Positions 7,906 through 16,759 of a DNA stretch of 56,816 nucleotides are shown here, piece by piece. Numbering within the stretch: the stretch's first letter is position 1; every line of letters begins with the position of its first letter. A model generated the notes under the pieces. The model was not told the origin of the DNA. It did not search any database and saw only the letters and a program-made list of their open reading frames with translations. The position numbers were made by a program, and so were the translations under genes. Source of the DNA: Eubacteriales bacterium (lineage in GTDB: Bacteria; Bacillota; Clostridia; Oscillospirales; CAG-382). The stretch lies in the NCBI GenBank assembly GCA_045652625.1, contig JAZRUR010000054.1:1-56816 (forward strand). Direction: 5' to 3'.

Positions 7906-8649
7906 ATGCCAATGCTGTTTTTAAGCCCGTCAACTCAAGAATATAACTCATATTACGACGGAAGCGGAAGTGAAGAATATTACATGAACCTTATTGCCGA
8001 CTATATGGAACCCTACCTTACCGCAAGTGGTATAACATTCACGCGAAACAACACCGAAGGTTCGGTCGGCGATTCGGTAAGACTCTCAAACGCCGGCGAT
8101 TACGCACTGCACCTCGCACTCCACTCAAACGCTTCCGGATCGGCAAACTACGGAAGACAAACAGGTAGCGACATCTATTACTACCCCACAAGTATAAACG
8201 GAAAACGCGCTGCGGATATTATCGTTACTAACCTCAAAAAAATCTATCCCGACCCGCAAAAGGTTCGTGCACTTGCAACGACAAGTCTTTATGAGTTAAA
8301 CAACACTCGCGCCCCGTCCGTCTTGGTTGAACTTGCATATCACGACAACGCAACGGACGCAGAATGGATAAAGAACAATCTTCAATCCATTGCAGAAAAC
8401 CTATCACAATCGGTTGCAGACTATTTTGGCATAACCCTTGTAGACCCCAACCCCACACAAACAGGCATAGTTGTTACCGAGGGAGGCCGTTTAAACATAC
8501 GCAATGCCGCCAACCTAAACGGAACTATCATCGGACAAATCCCAAACGGCAGTACGGTTCAGATCAAAGGCCAAAGCGGAGATTGGTATTTAGTAACATA
8601 CAACGGTATAGAAGGATACAGTTACGGCGCTTATATCAGACTTCAGTAA
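7906..8649 (+). CDS. N-acetylmuramoyl-L-alanine amidase (Amidase_3) with C-terminal SH3b domain
   Basis: LALHSNA, PSVLVELAYHDN; C-terminus LNIR...IIGQIPNG...WYLV.YNG..GY; GAGGAGGT RBS; no signal peptide. Confidence 0.85.
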   Translation: MPMLFLSPSTQEYNSYYDGSGSEEYYMNLIADYMEPYLTASGITFTRNNTEGSVGDSVRLSNAGDYALHLALHSNASGSANYGRQTGSDIYYYPTSINGKRAADIIVTNLKKIYPDPQKVRALATTSLYELNNTRAPSVLVELAYHDNATDAEWIKNNLQSIAENLSQSVADYFGITLVDPNPTQTGIVVTEGGRLNIRNAANLNGTIIGQIPNGSTVQIKGQSGDWYLVTYNGIEGYSYGAYIRLQ

Positions 8650-8661
8650 TCTCCATAAAAC

Positions 8662-8693
8662 AAACTGTCGCAGGTCTTTGCCTGCGACAGTTT
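8662..8693. terminator. Bidirectional terminator between amidase and htrA
   Basis: AAACTGTCGCAGG/CCTGCGACAGTTT inverted repeat between convergent genes. Confidence 0.8.
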
Positions 8694-8711
8694 AATTATA
8701 TTCATTATCGG

Positions 8712-10046
8712 TTAGGATGCCGCATCGAGTTTAAACTCAATAGTATAAGATTCACCTGCTGTAAGCACACGGTTGAAGCGGAATACTGTAATAACCACCG
8801 TGTCACCCGCACGATAATTCGAAAGCGCATCAGTAAGGTCTTGACGGTTAGTTACTTTAGTTCCGTTGAAATCGGTGATGATATCATAACGCGAAAGACC
8901 TGCTATATATGCAGAACTGCTCAATTCGATATCGGCAACAAGAACACCCTCGGGATACTCACAATAAGGTCTAATACGGAAATATTCCAAACCGTCTTCG
9001 ACATCGTATACGGTAATACCGATTTGAGGAGTTGCTACGGCTATATCGCTATCGCCTATATCTTCACCTGCAATTAGTTTTTGGAAAATATCAATAGCGC
9101 TTGTGATAGGAATAGCAAATCCGATACCCTCGTATTGCTCATCAACAAGTTTCATAGAGGTTATTCCTACAACATTACCTGCCATATCTATAAGAGGTCC
9201 GCCGCTATTACCGGGGTTTATAGAACAGTCGGTCTGCAGAAGCGTCATCGTCTTAATAACTTTACCTGCATCGTTAGTGATATCAATGTCACGTGCAATA
9301 CCGCTTATAATGCCGCAGGTCATTGTACCTGCAAGAGTTTGGTCAAACGGTGTGCCTATCGCAACCACGTTTTCGCCTATCATAACCTTGCTTGAATCGC
9401 CAAAACTTACCTGCGGAATATTCTCTGCATCAATATGAAGCACTGCGATATCGGTGGTAGCGTCGCTTCCAACTATTTGAGCAGAATACTCTTCGCCGTT
9501 ATAAAATACAACCGTAATTTCGTCACCCGATTCGATAACGTGGTGGTTGGTCGCAATATATCCGTTTTCAGAGTCGATAACAAAACCGCTTCCGATAGAA
9601 TAGGGTTTTCCTTTAAGGCTTACACTTATGGTACAACACGCAGGAGCACATTCTTCGTAAATTTTGCTAAGTGTCGTGGAAAGATCAACATCAGTATCGG
9701 GTGCAGGTGTGAACTCCGGAACACTCGCATCGGGATCACGAGAATAATCAAGCGGATTCTTCTTATCGGACGAATCAGTTTCATCGGAAGATCCATTTCC
9801 GACGCTCATTTCGGAGCCTTCGGAAGAAGATGACGATCCATCGCCGTACTGTTGTGCCAAAGATATACCAAATACTGCAAGAGCAAGTACACCTATAATA
9901 ACCGTGATTACAATAACGGTCTTTAAAACTTTTCCGCCCTTGTTGCCGTTATTATGCTCCGAACCGTTCCAATTGTAAGAATAATCGGGACGATCATTGC
10001 CTGAGGGCGGCATTTGATTGTTGTAGTCAAAGTTGTTGTCAGCCAT
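8712..10046 (-). CDS. htrA: HtrA/DegP-like membrane serine protease with PDZ domain
   Basis: N-terminal TM; GSGF, TNHHV, DIAVL, INPGNSGGPL, GIGFAIP; C-terminal PDZ. Confidence 0.93.
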   Translation of the reverse strand: MADNNFDYNNQMPPSGNDRPDYSYNWNGSEHNNGNKGGKVLKTVIVITVIIGVLALAVFGISLAQQYGDGSSSSSEGSEMSVGNGSSDETDSSDKKNPLDYSRDPDASVPEFTPAPDTDVDLSTTLSKIYEECAPACCTISVSLKGKPYSIGSGFVIDSENGYIATNHHVIESGDEITVVFYNGEEYSAQIVGSDATTDIAVLHIDAENIPQVSFGDSSKVMIGENVVAIGTPFDQTLAGTMTCGIISGIARDIDITNDAGKVIKTMTLLQTDCSINPGNSGGPLIDMAGNVVGITSMKLVDEQYEGIGFAIPITSAIDIFQKLIAGEDIGDSDIAVATPQIGITVYDVEDGLEYFRIRPYCEYPEGVLVADIELSSSAYIAGLSRYDIITDFNGTKVTNRQDLTDALSNYRAGDTVVITVFRFNRVLTAGESYTIEFKLDAAS

Positions 10047-10121
10047 TTATTTAACTCCTTTGTTTTTCGATAAAAGATTATATCATTACCATTAAAAACA
10101 CTTGAACTTTTTTGTTTTTTA

Positions 10122-11594
10122 CTATACAAGTCTTCTCGGCACATGCTCGATCAACGCGGTCGGAAGTGTAAATCCAAACTCGGTATATTCGCCGCTTACC
10201 GAATCGACATATATTTCTTCACCATGATTACGAATCGAAGTTTGTGCGATATAAAGACCTAAACCCGTTCCGCTTTTATCAAGTCCGCGCGAACGGTCCG
10301 TTTTATAAAATCGGTCGAACACATGAGGTAGTTCATCTTTAGGTATTCCATCGCCCGTATTACGGATAGTAAAACACGCTTTGCGCTTTTTCCTGCCGTC
10401 GGAAACGGTAGAAACTGCAATGGATATGTTTCCGTTTTCGGGAGTGAATTTAACAGCGTTATCTATTAAATTAAATATCACTCGGTGGATAATGTCCTTA
10501 TCCGCATTGACATATATATCATCTTCGCCTGTTTCAAATGCAATATCAAGGTTTTTCTTGCTTATTTTTGACTCGAGCGAAATCAATACCGTACGTGCCG
10601 TTTCGGAAAGATTGAAATCTATCATTTTCAAATCAGTTCCGCTTTCAAGCCGTGAAACTTCCAAAAGTGTATTAACAAGTCTGGATAAACGTTTTACTTC
10701 CTGAGAAATAATATTTAAATATTTTTCATGTTTTTCGGGCGGTATCGTACCGTCTAATATGCCATCGACAAATCCCGAAATCGTCGTCATCGGGGTACGC
10801 AAGTCGTGAGAAACGTTGCCGATGAAGGAGTTTCTAACCTCATCAATATGTTTAAGCGAAACCGCCATATCATTGATAGCAGCGGCAAGTTCCGCAACTT
10901 CGTCTTGTCCCGTATATTCGATTTTTGTATCAAATCTACCTTTAGAATAACTTTTCGCCGCAGAAATAATTTCGCTTAACGGCTTTGTAGTACGCCGAGA
11001 AATAACGTAAAGCGAAACCATCGCCGCAAGAAGCATCCAAAGCGCAACCGTTATAGAAACAATAGTAATTTCTCTTGTAAAAACAACACTACCGTAATTG
11101 CTCATACTTATCAGCACTATAAACGGAACATCGTTTACATACGAAACAAAATAATCGTTCATGTGATTTTTGTCGAAAAAACCGTCTATCGTGCTTATCG
11201 AATAACTCTCTTCAGCATACAGTATCGTCGCAAGTGCCGTGGCCGAAAGGCTGTTTCTATCGTTCTCGAAACTGTTATCGGACGTGCCGACAAGTTCTCC
11301 GTTCATATCGAAAACAAAGATCTCGGCGCGTGTATTCTGTGCAGAATAATCCAAAAGACGTTGAAGTCCGCTTTCTTCTTCGAAAGCAGTATATATTTTA
11401 CCGTAGCCGTTAGTTTCAAGATAGTTGTCGATAACAATAGACGTAGAACCGGCAGATATATCCATAGAACTTCTTTGCATATTATAACTATCTACCGCCA
11501 CACGCGAAGAAACCGCAAAAAGTATCGTCGTAATACAGATCACCAATATAACGGAGAATGTCGCAAGATATTTACCGAAAATACTTTTAAACAT
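10122..11594 (-). CDS. HAMP-domain sensor histidine kinase
   Basis: Two TM segments, HAMP (DEVAELAAAINDM), H-box VSHDLRTP, N-box NLIDNAVKF, FDRFYK, GTGLGL. Confidence 0.95.
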   Translation of the reverse strand: MFKSIFGKYLATFSVILVICITTILFAVSSRVAVDSYNMQRSSMDISAGSTSIVIDNYLETNGYGKIYTAFEEESGLQRLLDYSAQNTRAEIFVFDMNGELVGTSDNSFENDRNSLSATALATILYAEESYSISTIDGFFDKNHMNDYFVSYVNDVPFIVLISMSNYGSVVFTREITIVSITVALWMLLAAMVSLYVISRRTTKPLSEIISAAKSYSKGRFDTKIEYTGQDEVAELAAAINDMAVSLKHIDEVRNSFIGNVSHDLRTPMTTISGFVDGILDGTIPPEKHEKYLNIISQEVKRLSRLVNTLLEVSRLESGTDLKMIDFNLSETARTVLISLESKISKKNLDIAFETGEDDIYVNADKDIIHRVIFNLIDNAVKFTPENGNISIAVSTVSDGRKKRKACFTIRNTGDGIPKDELPHVFDRFYKTDRSRGLDKSGTGLGLYIAQTSIRNHGEEIYVDSVSGEYTEFGFTLPTALIEHVPRRLV

Positions 11595-11735
11595 CTTTCT
11601 CCTCCGAATTGATTGCTTTTAAAGTTTAATTTATCCATATTTTAACATACTTATAATAACATTACAAGTGAATGAATCAAAAACAATAAAATTTTACTTT
11701 TTTATAACATAACGTTTTTACATTATTTTAATATC

Positions 11736-11772
11736 GGCAAAAAACAACCGCCCATGTTGAGCGGTTGTTTTT
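11736..11772 (-). terminator. Intrinsic terminator after 5'-nucleotidase
   Basis: AAAAACAACCGC/GCGGTTGTTTTT inverted repeat. Confidence 0.75.
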
Positions 11773-11775
11773 AAA

Positions 11776-13551
11776 TCAAACAGTCTTTTTCGACAGCGAT
11801 ATCACGCCGACGGCGGCGATCACCATAAGCGATATCCAAAGCATCTGCACCGAGTCATCACCTGCGTTAGGAGGCGTTTCGTCGGATACGTTTTGTTTCT
11901 CGTCAATCATAAGTATACGGCCGTCGCCCATCATGTTTCCGTACTTTTCGGCTGTGATTTCGCCTTTTAAGTGGTTTGTAAAGTATTCGATAAGCATTTC
12001 GGAATCGGTCTTCGGTCCGATGTAATCAACGTTCTTTGCGTCAGCAAACATTTTATAACCGCTTAACTGCAGCATATAACAAGTCCCTGCCACGGTATAG
12101 GTTTTATCCAAGTCGATTGCTTGTCCGTTTACACAAACATTTCTCACACGTCGCGGCGCATCTTCCTTGATAGAAACAAAATCGCCCAATTCGTCGATAA
12201 CCACCGGAGTTTCTATATAAGTATGTACCTCAAATGTGACACCTGCAACATGCGGAAAACTTCCGAATTCGTTAGGAACTGCGTTCATTCCGTATTCAAG
12301 TGCATCAACGATTTGCTGTCCGCTTACTTCGATGACGCACATTTCGTTATTCCAAGGATTCACGTCCATAATCGCTTTTCGAGTAAGAGTGCCTATATTG
12401 ATATCCGCACGCAACCCACCGCCGTTTACAAAAGCGATATCCGCACCCGTAACAGCCTTATACGCATCGGTAACAAAATCGCCAAGGTTTGTTTCGGTAT
12501 TGCGCACCAAGCGATTTCCGTCGGCATCGTATTGGACAAGATTCGCTTCGGACGCTCCTATTTCTTCAAAAAGATATTCGTACTCGGCATTATACGCATC
12601 TATCTTTGCTTTTACGGTGTTATATGCCGTTTTCGCTTCATCGGAAAGTTCGTCAACAGCAACCGAATCGGGATTGATAAGTTCGCTTGTAATATTTCCG
12701 TCGGAAGACATAGTAAGCATACCGAAATTCGCAAATTTAGTTCCTGTGGAAGTGAGAATAACCTCATCGCCGTTTGCATTTTCGCAAACACGGCCTTCGA
12801 TAACTTCGTGTGCATGTCCGTCTATAAGTACATCTATGCCGACAGTATTTTCGATAACGTCTACCGAACGCCACCCTTCGGTAACATCCGAAACACCGAG
12901 GTGCCCTATGGCAACTACCTTTGTTGCCCCCTCGGAACGTGCGTTATCGACAGCGGTCTGGATAACCGAATAGAATTCGTCTTCCATAAAACTGTAAATG
13001 AAATTACCGTTTTCGTCCTGAAAATACGTAGGGGTTGATTTGCTGTATGTTTCGGGGGTGGAAATTCCGACAAATGCTATTTTTTCGTCACCGAACTCTT
13101 TTATTGCATAAGGTGCAAAAACATCTTTTTCTTGCAAAAGATCGCGGAAATTGACGCAAATATATTGATATTCCGCTTCATTGTTTGAGATCTCAAGCAA
13201 TCGCTCTACCGTATAGTCAAATTCATGATTGCCCGGAACGGCGTAGTCATATCCCACATCGTTCATTATGTCAACCACAGCCGCACCCTCGGTAAGCGAA
13301 CCTATCATTTCGCCTTGGATAGCGTCACCTGCATCGACAGTCACAACGTTATATCCCTCTCCGATAAGGTATGCGCGGTATGCCGCAATTACCGAATAGT
13401 CGTCGAGTCCGCAATGAATGTCGTTGGTATACAGCACCACTATATCATCCGAATTCGTAGCGCTTGTTGTCAAAACCGAGCCTGAAACAGCACAGAAAAC
13501 AACAAGGCCCGCGACAATTAACACCAAAATCCTCTTAAAAACATTCTTCAT
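11776..13551 (-). CDS. Secreted, cell-wall-anchored bifunctional metallophosphatase/5'-nucleotidase
   Basis: Signal peptide; YTNDIH, DAGD, PGNHEFD, IGHLG, IDGHAH, NGGGLR; C-terminal PNAGD + TM + KK. Confidence 0.92.
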   Translation of the reverse strand: MKNVFKRILVLIVAGLVVFCAVSGSVLTTSATNSDDIVVLYTNDIHCGLDDYSVIAAYRAYLIGEGYNVVTVDAGDAIQGEMIGSLTEGAAVVDIMNDVGYDYAVPGNHEFDYTVERLLEISNNEAEYQYICVNFRDLLQEKDVFAPYAIKEFGDEKIAFVGISTPETYSKSTPTYFQDENGNFIYSFMEDEFYSVIQTAVDNARSEGATKVVAIGHLGVSDVTEGWRSVDVIENTVGIDVLIDGHAHEVIEGRVCENANGDEVILTSTGTKFANFGMLTMSSDGNITSELINPDSVAVDELSDEAKTAYNTVKAKIDAYNAEYEYLFEEIGASEANLVQYDADGNRLVRNTETNLGDFVTDAYKAVTGADIAFVNGGGLRADINIGTLTRKAIMDVNPWNNEMCVIEVSGQQIVDALEYGMNAVPNEFGSFPHVAGVTFEVHTYIETPVVIDELGDFVSIKEDAPRRVRNVCVNGQAIDLDKTYTVAGTCYMLQLSGYKMFADAKNVDYIGPKTDSEMLIEYFTNHLKGEITAEKYGNMMGDGRILMIDEKQNVSDETPPNAGDDSVQMLWISLMVIAAVGVISLSKKTV

Positions 13552-13574
13552 GATTTCACCTGATTATGTAAACT

Positions 13575-14264
13575 TTATTCCTCATTATTTTCCGATTGAA
13601 CTATTGCGCGGAGTGCATCCATACGTTTATCAAGTTCGGAAGAAAGTTCGGCACATCGCAAAAGTTCTTGTTCCATATGTTTGTCGAACGTATAATCTTT
13701 TTTATATTTGAGTTGATGTTCCAAACTTGCCCACGAGTCCATTGCAATGGTACGAAGTTGTATTTCGACCTTCATAAGCCTTTTTTCATGCGCTAAAAAT
13801 ATAGGAACAGTAACGATAAGATGCAAACTTCGGTAGCCGTTAGGTTTTGGTTTTGCGATATAATCCTTCATTTCCACAAGGTTTATATCGTCCTGTTTAA
13901 GCAAAGCATCTGCAAGCACGTAAACATCATCGGGGAACGAGCATATTACACGCACACCTGCGACGTCGTTTAGATTTTTTTCTACCGACTGTACCGAAAG
14001 AGGCATACCTCTGCGTTTGAGTTTTTCGCGCATACTTTGGATACTTTTCAAACGGCTTTTTACGCTGTTTATGGGGTTACGATCCAAACGGAGCGAAAAC
14101 TCCTCGTTAAGAACGTTGAATTTCGTTTCTATTTCCATTATAGCGCATCGGTAATACGCCATAAGTTTCTCAAAGTTATGTAGCATCGGTTTAGCGTGCC
14201 GAAGAACGTCATCGCTGAAAACATCTCTTAATTGTTGTATTATTTGCTTTTCGTCGTAACTCAT
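13575..14264 (-). CDS. Small alarmone synthetase (RelA/SpoT domain, GTP pyrophosphokinase)
   Basis: KSRLKS, DVAGVRVIC, KDYI..PKPNGYRSLH, VEIQLRT, WASLEH. Confidence 0.93.
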   Translation of the reverse strand: MSYDEKQIIQQLRDVFSDDVLRHAKPMLHNFEKLMAYYRCAIMEIETKFNVLNEEFSLRLDRNPINSVKSRLKSIQSMREKLKRRGMPLSVQSVEKNLNDVAGVRVICSFPDDVYVLADALLKQDDINLVEMKDYIAKPKPNGYRSLHLIVTVPIFLAHEKRLMKVEIQLRTIAMDSWASLEHQLKYKKDYTFDKHMEQELLRCAELSSELDKRMDALRAIVQSENNEE

Positions 14265-14295
14265 TTTCTTCCCGTTTCTTTATTTTTTCAAAAAC

Positions 14296-14324
14296 ATTAT
14301 AATCCTTTCTCTCTCATTAATCAA
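14296..14324 (-). promoter_or_regulatory. Sigma-A promoter of the alarmone synthetase/nucleotidase unit
   Basis: TTGATT-17 nt-TATAAT on the minus strand. Confidence 0.6.
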
Positions 14325-14395
14325 CAGTTTTTTGTTAAAGTATTACGCAGTTTACAGCAACATACGAGCGTTTCACATTCTGTCGTCAAACTCGG

Positions 14396-14424
14396 TTGAC
14401 AGTTATATTTAAATATGATAAAAT
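14396..14424 (+). promoter_or_regulatory. Sigma-A promoter of DUF4349 gene
   Basis: TTGACA-17 nt-TAAAAT with TG extended -10. Confidence 0.7.
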
Positions 14425-14482
14425 ATTAATGTAAACCATCAAGTTTACGGTCAATCAAAAAGAAAGCAGAGGTGTATATCAA

Positions 14483-15367
14483 ATGAGAAAAAGTTTTGAC
14501 ATCAAGTGTATTCTTCTTTTGCTTTTGACGGTTTCAGCGCTCTTGCTTTGCTCTTGCGGTCAGGAAGCATCATTCGATACGACGGAAAAGGACGTAGCAG
14601 TCGAAGATGAATATACAGGCGATGCAGTCGGCACAGACAGCGAAACAGCAGTCATAAAAACCGATGCCAAAATAATCCGCAATTTCACAATCAGAGGCGA
14701 AACAAAAGATTTTGACGCCGCGACCGAAGCGATAAACAAACAACTTTCCGAAATTGACGGATATGTTGAAAACTCCAACATCAGCGGCGGCGAAAGTCTT
14801 TACAACGGACGCAGGACCGAAAAACGTGCATCCTATATTCTCCGCGTTCCTGCCGACAAGGTTGACAGTTTCCTCGAAAAGACCGAGGGGCTTTTAAACA
14901 TTACAAGTTCAACAGAATCCTCTACCGACGTCACACTTGATTACTACGACATTGAATCAAGATTGAAAACACTCGAATCCAAGAAAAATGCGCTTGAAAC
15001 AATGCTTGAACAGGCACAAACGATTGACGAGATTCTTATTATTCAGGATAATCTTTATGATGTCATATCCGATATAGAATCCTATCAATCGCGTCTTAAT
15101 ACGTATGACAGCAAGGTAAATTATTCAACCGTCAATCTTGAAATAGTCGAAGTGGTTGAATATACCGAAACCCAAAAGAACGAAGTTACATTTGGCGAAC
15201 GCATAAGCAAGGCTTTCAAAAACAGTTGGAAGAATTTCGGCGAATTTATTCAGGATTTTGCGGTATTTATCGTTGCAGCTCTGCCCACTCTACTTGTATT
15301 GGCTATAATTGCCGCAATCATTATTACTGTTATTTATCTCAACAAACGCAAAAAAACAAAAAAGTAA
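14483..15367 (+). CDS. DUF4349-family lipoprotein
   Basis: Lipobox LCSC; KII, GYVE, LRVP, DVT..YYD..SRL, coiled coil, V.YSTV; C-terminal TM and basic tail. Confidence 0.85.
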   Translation: MRKSFDIKCILLLLLTVSALLLCSCGQEASFDTTEKDVAVEDEYTGDAVGTDSETAVIKTDAKIIRNFTIRGETKDFDAATEAINKQLSEIDGYVENSNISGGESLYNGRRTEKRASYILRVPADKVDSFLEKTEGLLNITSSTESSTDVTLDYYDIESRLKTLESKKNALETMLEQAQTIDEILIIQDNLYDVISDIESYQSRLNTYDSKVNYSTVNLEIVEVVEYTETQKNEVTFGERISKAFKNSWKNFGEFIQDFAVFIVAALPTLLVLAIIAAIIITVIYLNKRKKTKK

Positions 15368-15378
15368 TTTAATACAAA

Positions 15379-15410
15379 AAAGGCGATACAGATAAAACTG
15401 TATCGCCTTT
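15379..15410. terminator. Bidirectional terminator
   Basis: AAAGGCGATACAG/CTGTATCGCCTTT between convergent genes. Confidence 0.8.
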
Positions 15411-15419
15411 ATCATTTTT

Positions 15420-16028
15420 TTACTGTTTATTCAAACTGTCAAGCGCGTATGCGAATATCTCGGCATGATCACCTGCAAGTGGTGAATTACCAAGTTGCTT
15501 ATATACCAAATCTGCACGTACACCCGATTTATCTTTTTGACAGGAAACCTTAAGCGATTTCCTCACATCGCCGTCAACGATATTAATTTCGAAAATATCA
15601 ACACCGTTGAGTGTTGTTTTTTTATAAGAAAAGGGATACCACTTTGCCGACATGGCATCGTCGCCTGCCGAAAGTGCGCGAACATCCTTAATATCCGCAA
15701 GAAAAGGCACGGTTATGATACGCGTTCTCGGATCACGGTTAGGTTGAGATGCAACATTCAGTTGACGGAGATTTATGGCATCAAGTCCCGTTTCTTCCTT
15801 TAATTCGCGCATAGCGGCGGTATAAACGTCTTCATCGGGTTCGACAAAACCGCCGGGAAACGCTAATTTGCCCAAGCAAGGATGTCCTCCCCTTTTTATA
15901 AGCAAAACTTTGCCATCAGATATGATGATTATGTCAACTGTCACAGAAGGGCGTTCGTATTTCGATACATCATACTGCGCTAAAAATTCTGCTTCGGTAA
16001 GACCGTTCTTGTCGCGTAACTCTTCCAT
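15420..16028 (-). CDS. NUDIX hydrolase (ADP-ribose pyrophosphatase/NrtR-N-like)
   Basis: YERPSVTVD, Nudix box PGGFVEPDEDVYTAAMRELKEETGL, RDPR, AGDDA, LAGDH. Confidence 0.88.
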   Translation of the reverse strand: MEELRDKNGLTEAEFLAQYDVSKYERPSVTVDIIIISDGKVLLIKRGGHPCLGKLAFPGGFVEPDEDVYTAAMRELKEETGLDAINLRQLNVASQPNRDPRTRIITVPFLADIKDVRALSAGDDAMSAKWYPFSYKKTTLNGVDIFEINIVDGDVRKSLKVSCQKDKSGVRADLVYKQLGNSPLAGDHAEIFAYALDSLNKQ

Positions 16029-16057
16029 GGTACTTTTCCTTTTCTTTTACTCAAAAA

Positions 16058-16759
16058 TCAAAGCGGTTTTTTCTGTATCTGACTGTTTCGGCGCGGATAA
16101 ATCTTTGGTGTTTGCTTTGTTTTCTTAATTACAACAAGAGTATGCAAATAATCAAACTCGGGAACTTTTACGTCAATTATGTCAACTAACTCTCCGCCGA
16201 GCACAGCAATCGCTTTCTTTGCTTCCTCGGCTTCTTCTCTACCCTTTTCTCCTTTCATCGCAACGAAATATCCGCCCACTTTAACGAAAGGCATACACCA
16301 TTCGGCAAGTACGTTAAGTCGTGCGACACCACGCGCAACGGCAATGTCGTAATTCTCGCGATACGCAACGTCTTGCGAAAGTTCCTCTGCTCTGCCGCAA
16401 AGGGTCTTAAGATTGGGAATCCCTGCTGCTTTTGCCGTTTCGGCAACGAAAGAGAGTTTTTTCGCGGTTGCATCGTTAGAGGTTATAACGCAGTCCGAAG
16501 CGCAAAGCGCAAGTGGGAGTGACGGAAAACCGCCTCCGCATCCGATATCGATAACCGATGCGTTTTTGAAAAGGTTTGTATCAAGCAACGTCAACGAATC
16601 CCAAAAGTGAAGTAATCCAACACCCTTTTCATCGGTAAGCGCAGTTAGATTCATAACCTCGTTTTTATCGCGCAGACAGTTACCTATAATATCAAGCGAA
16701 GCGCATTGAGAATCGGTAAGCGTCGCGCGGTATTTTTTTGTAAGTTCGGAAAAACTCAT
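16058..16759 (-). CDS. rsmG: 16S rRNA m7G527 methyltransferase
   Basis: MNLTA, HFWDSL, DIGCGGGFP, GRAEE, YPRR...KKPL; follows mnmG. Confidence 0.96.
   Translation of the reverse strand: MSFSELTKKYRATLTDSQCASLDIIGNCLRDKNEVMNLTALTDEKGVGLLHFWDSLTLLDTNLFKNASVIDIGCGGGFPSLPLALCASDCVITSNDATAKKLSFVAETAKAAGIPNLKTLCGRAEELSQDVAYRENYDIAVARGVARLNVLAEWCMPFVKVGGYFVAMKGEKGREEAEEAKKAIAVLGGELVDIIDVKVPEFDYLHTLVVIKKTKQTPKIYPRRNSQIQKKPL

Noticed and set aside
13575-14264. Toxic SAS toxin-antitoxin module
   Set aside because: Looks like a housekeeping RelP/RelQ-type enzyme with no adjacent small antitoxin ORF or phage context.
14430-14449. GTAAAC...GTTTAC inverted repeat as a c-di-GMP riboswitch
   Set aside because: Too short and lacks the GEMM consensus; could be an operator but is unsupported.
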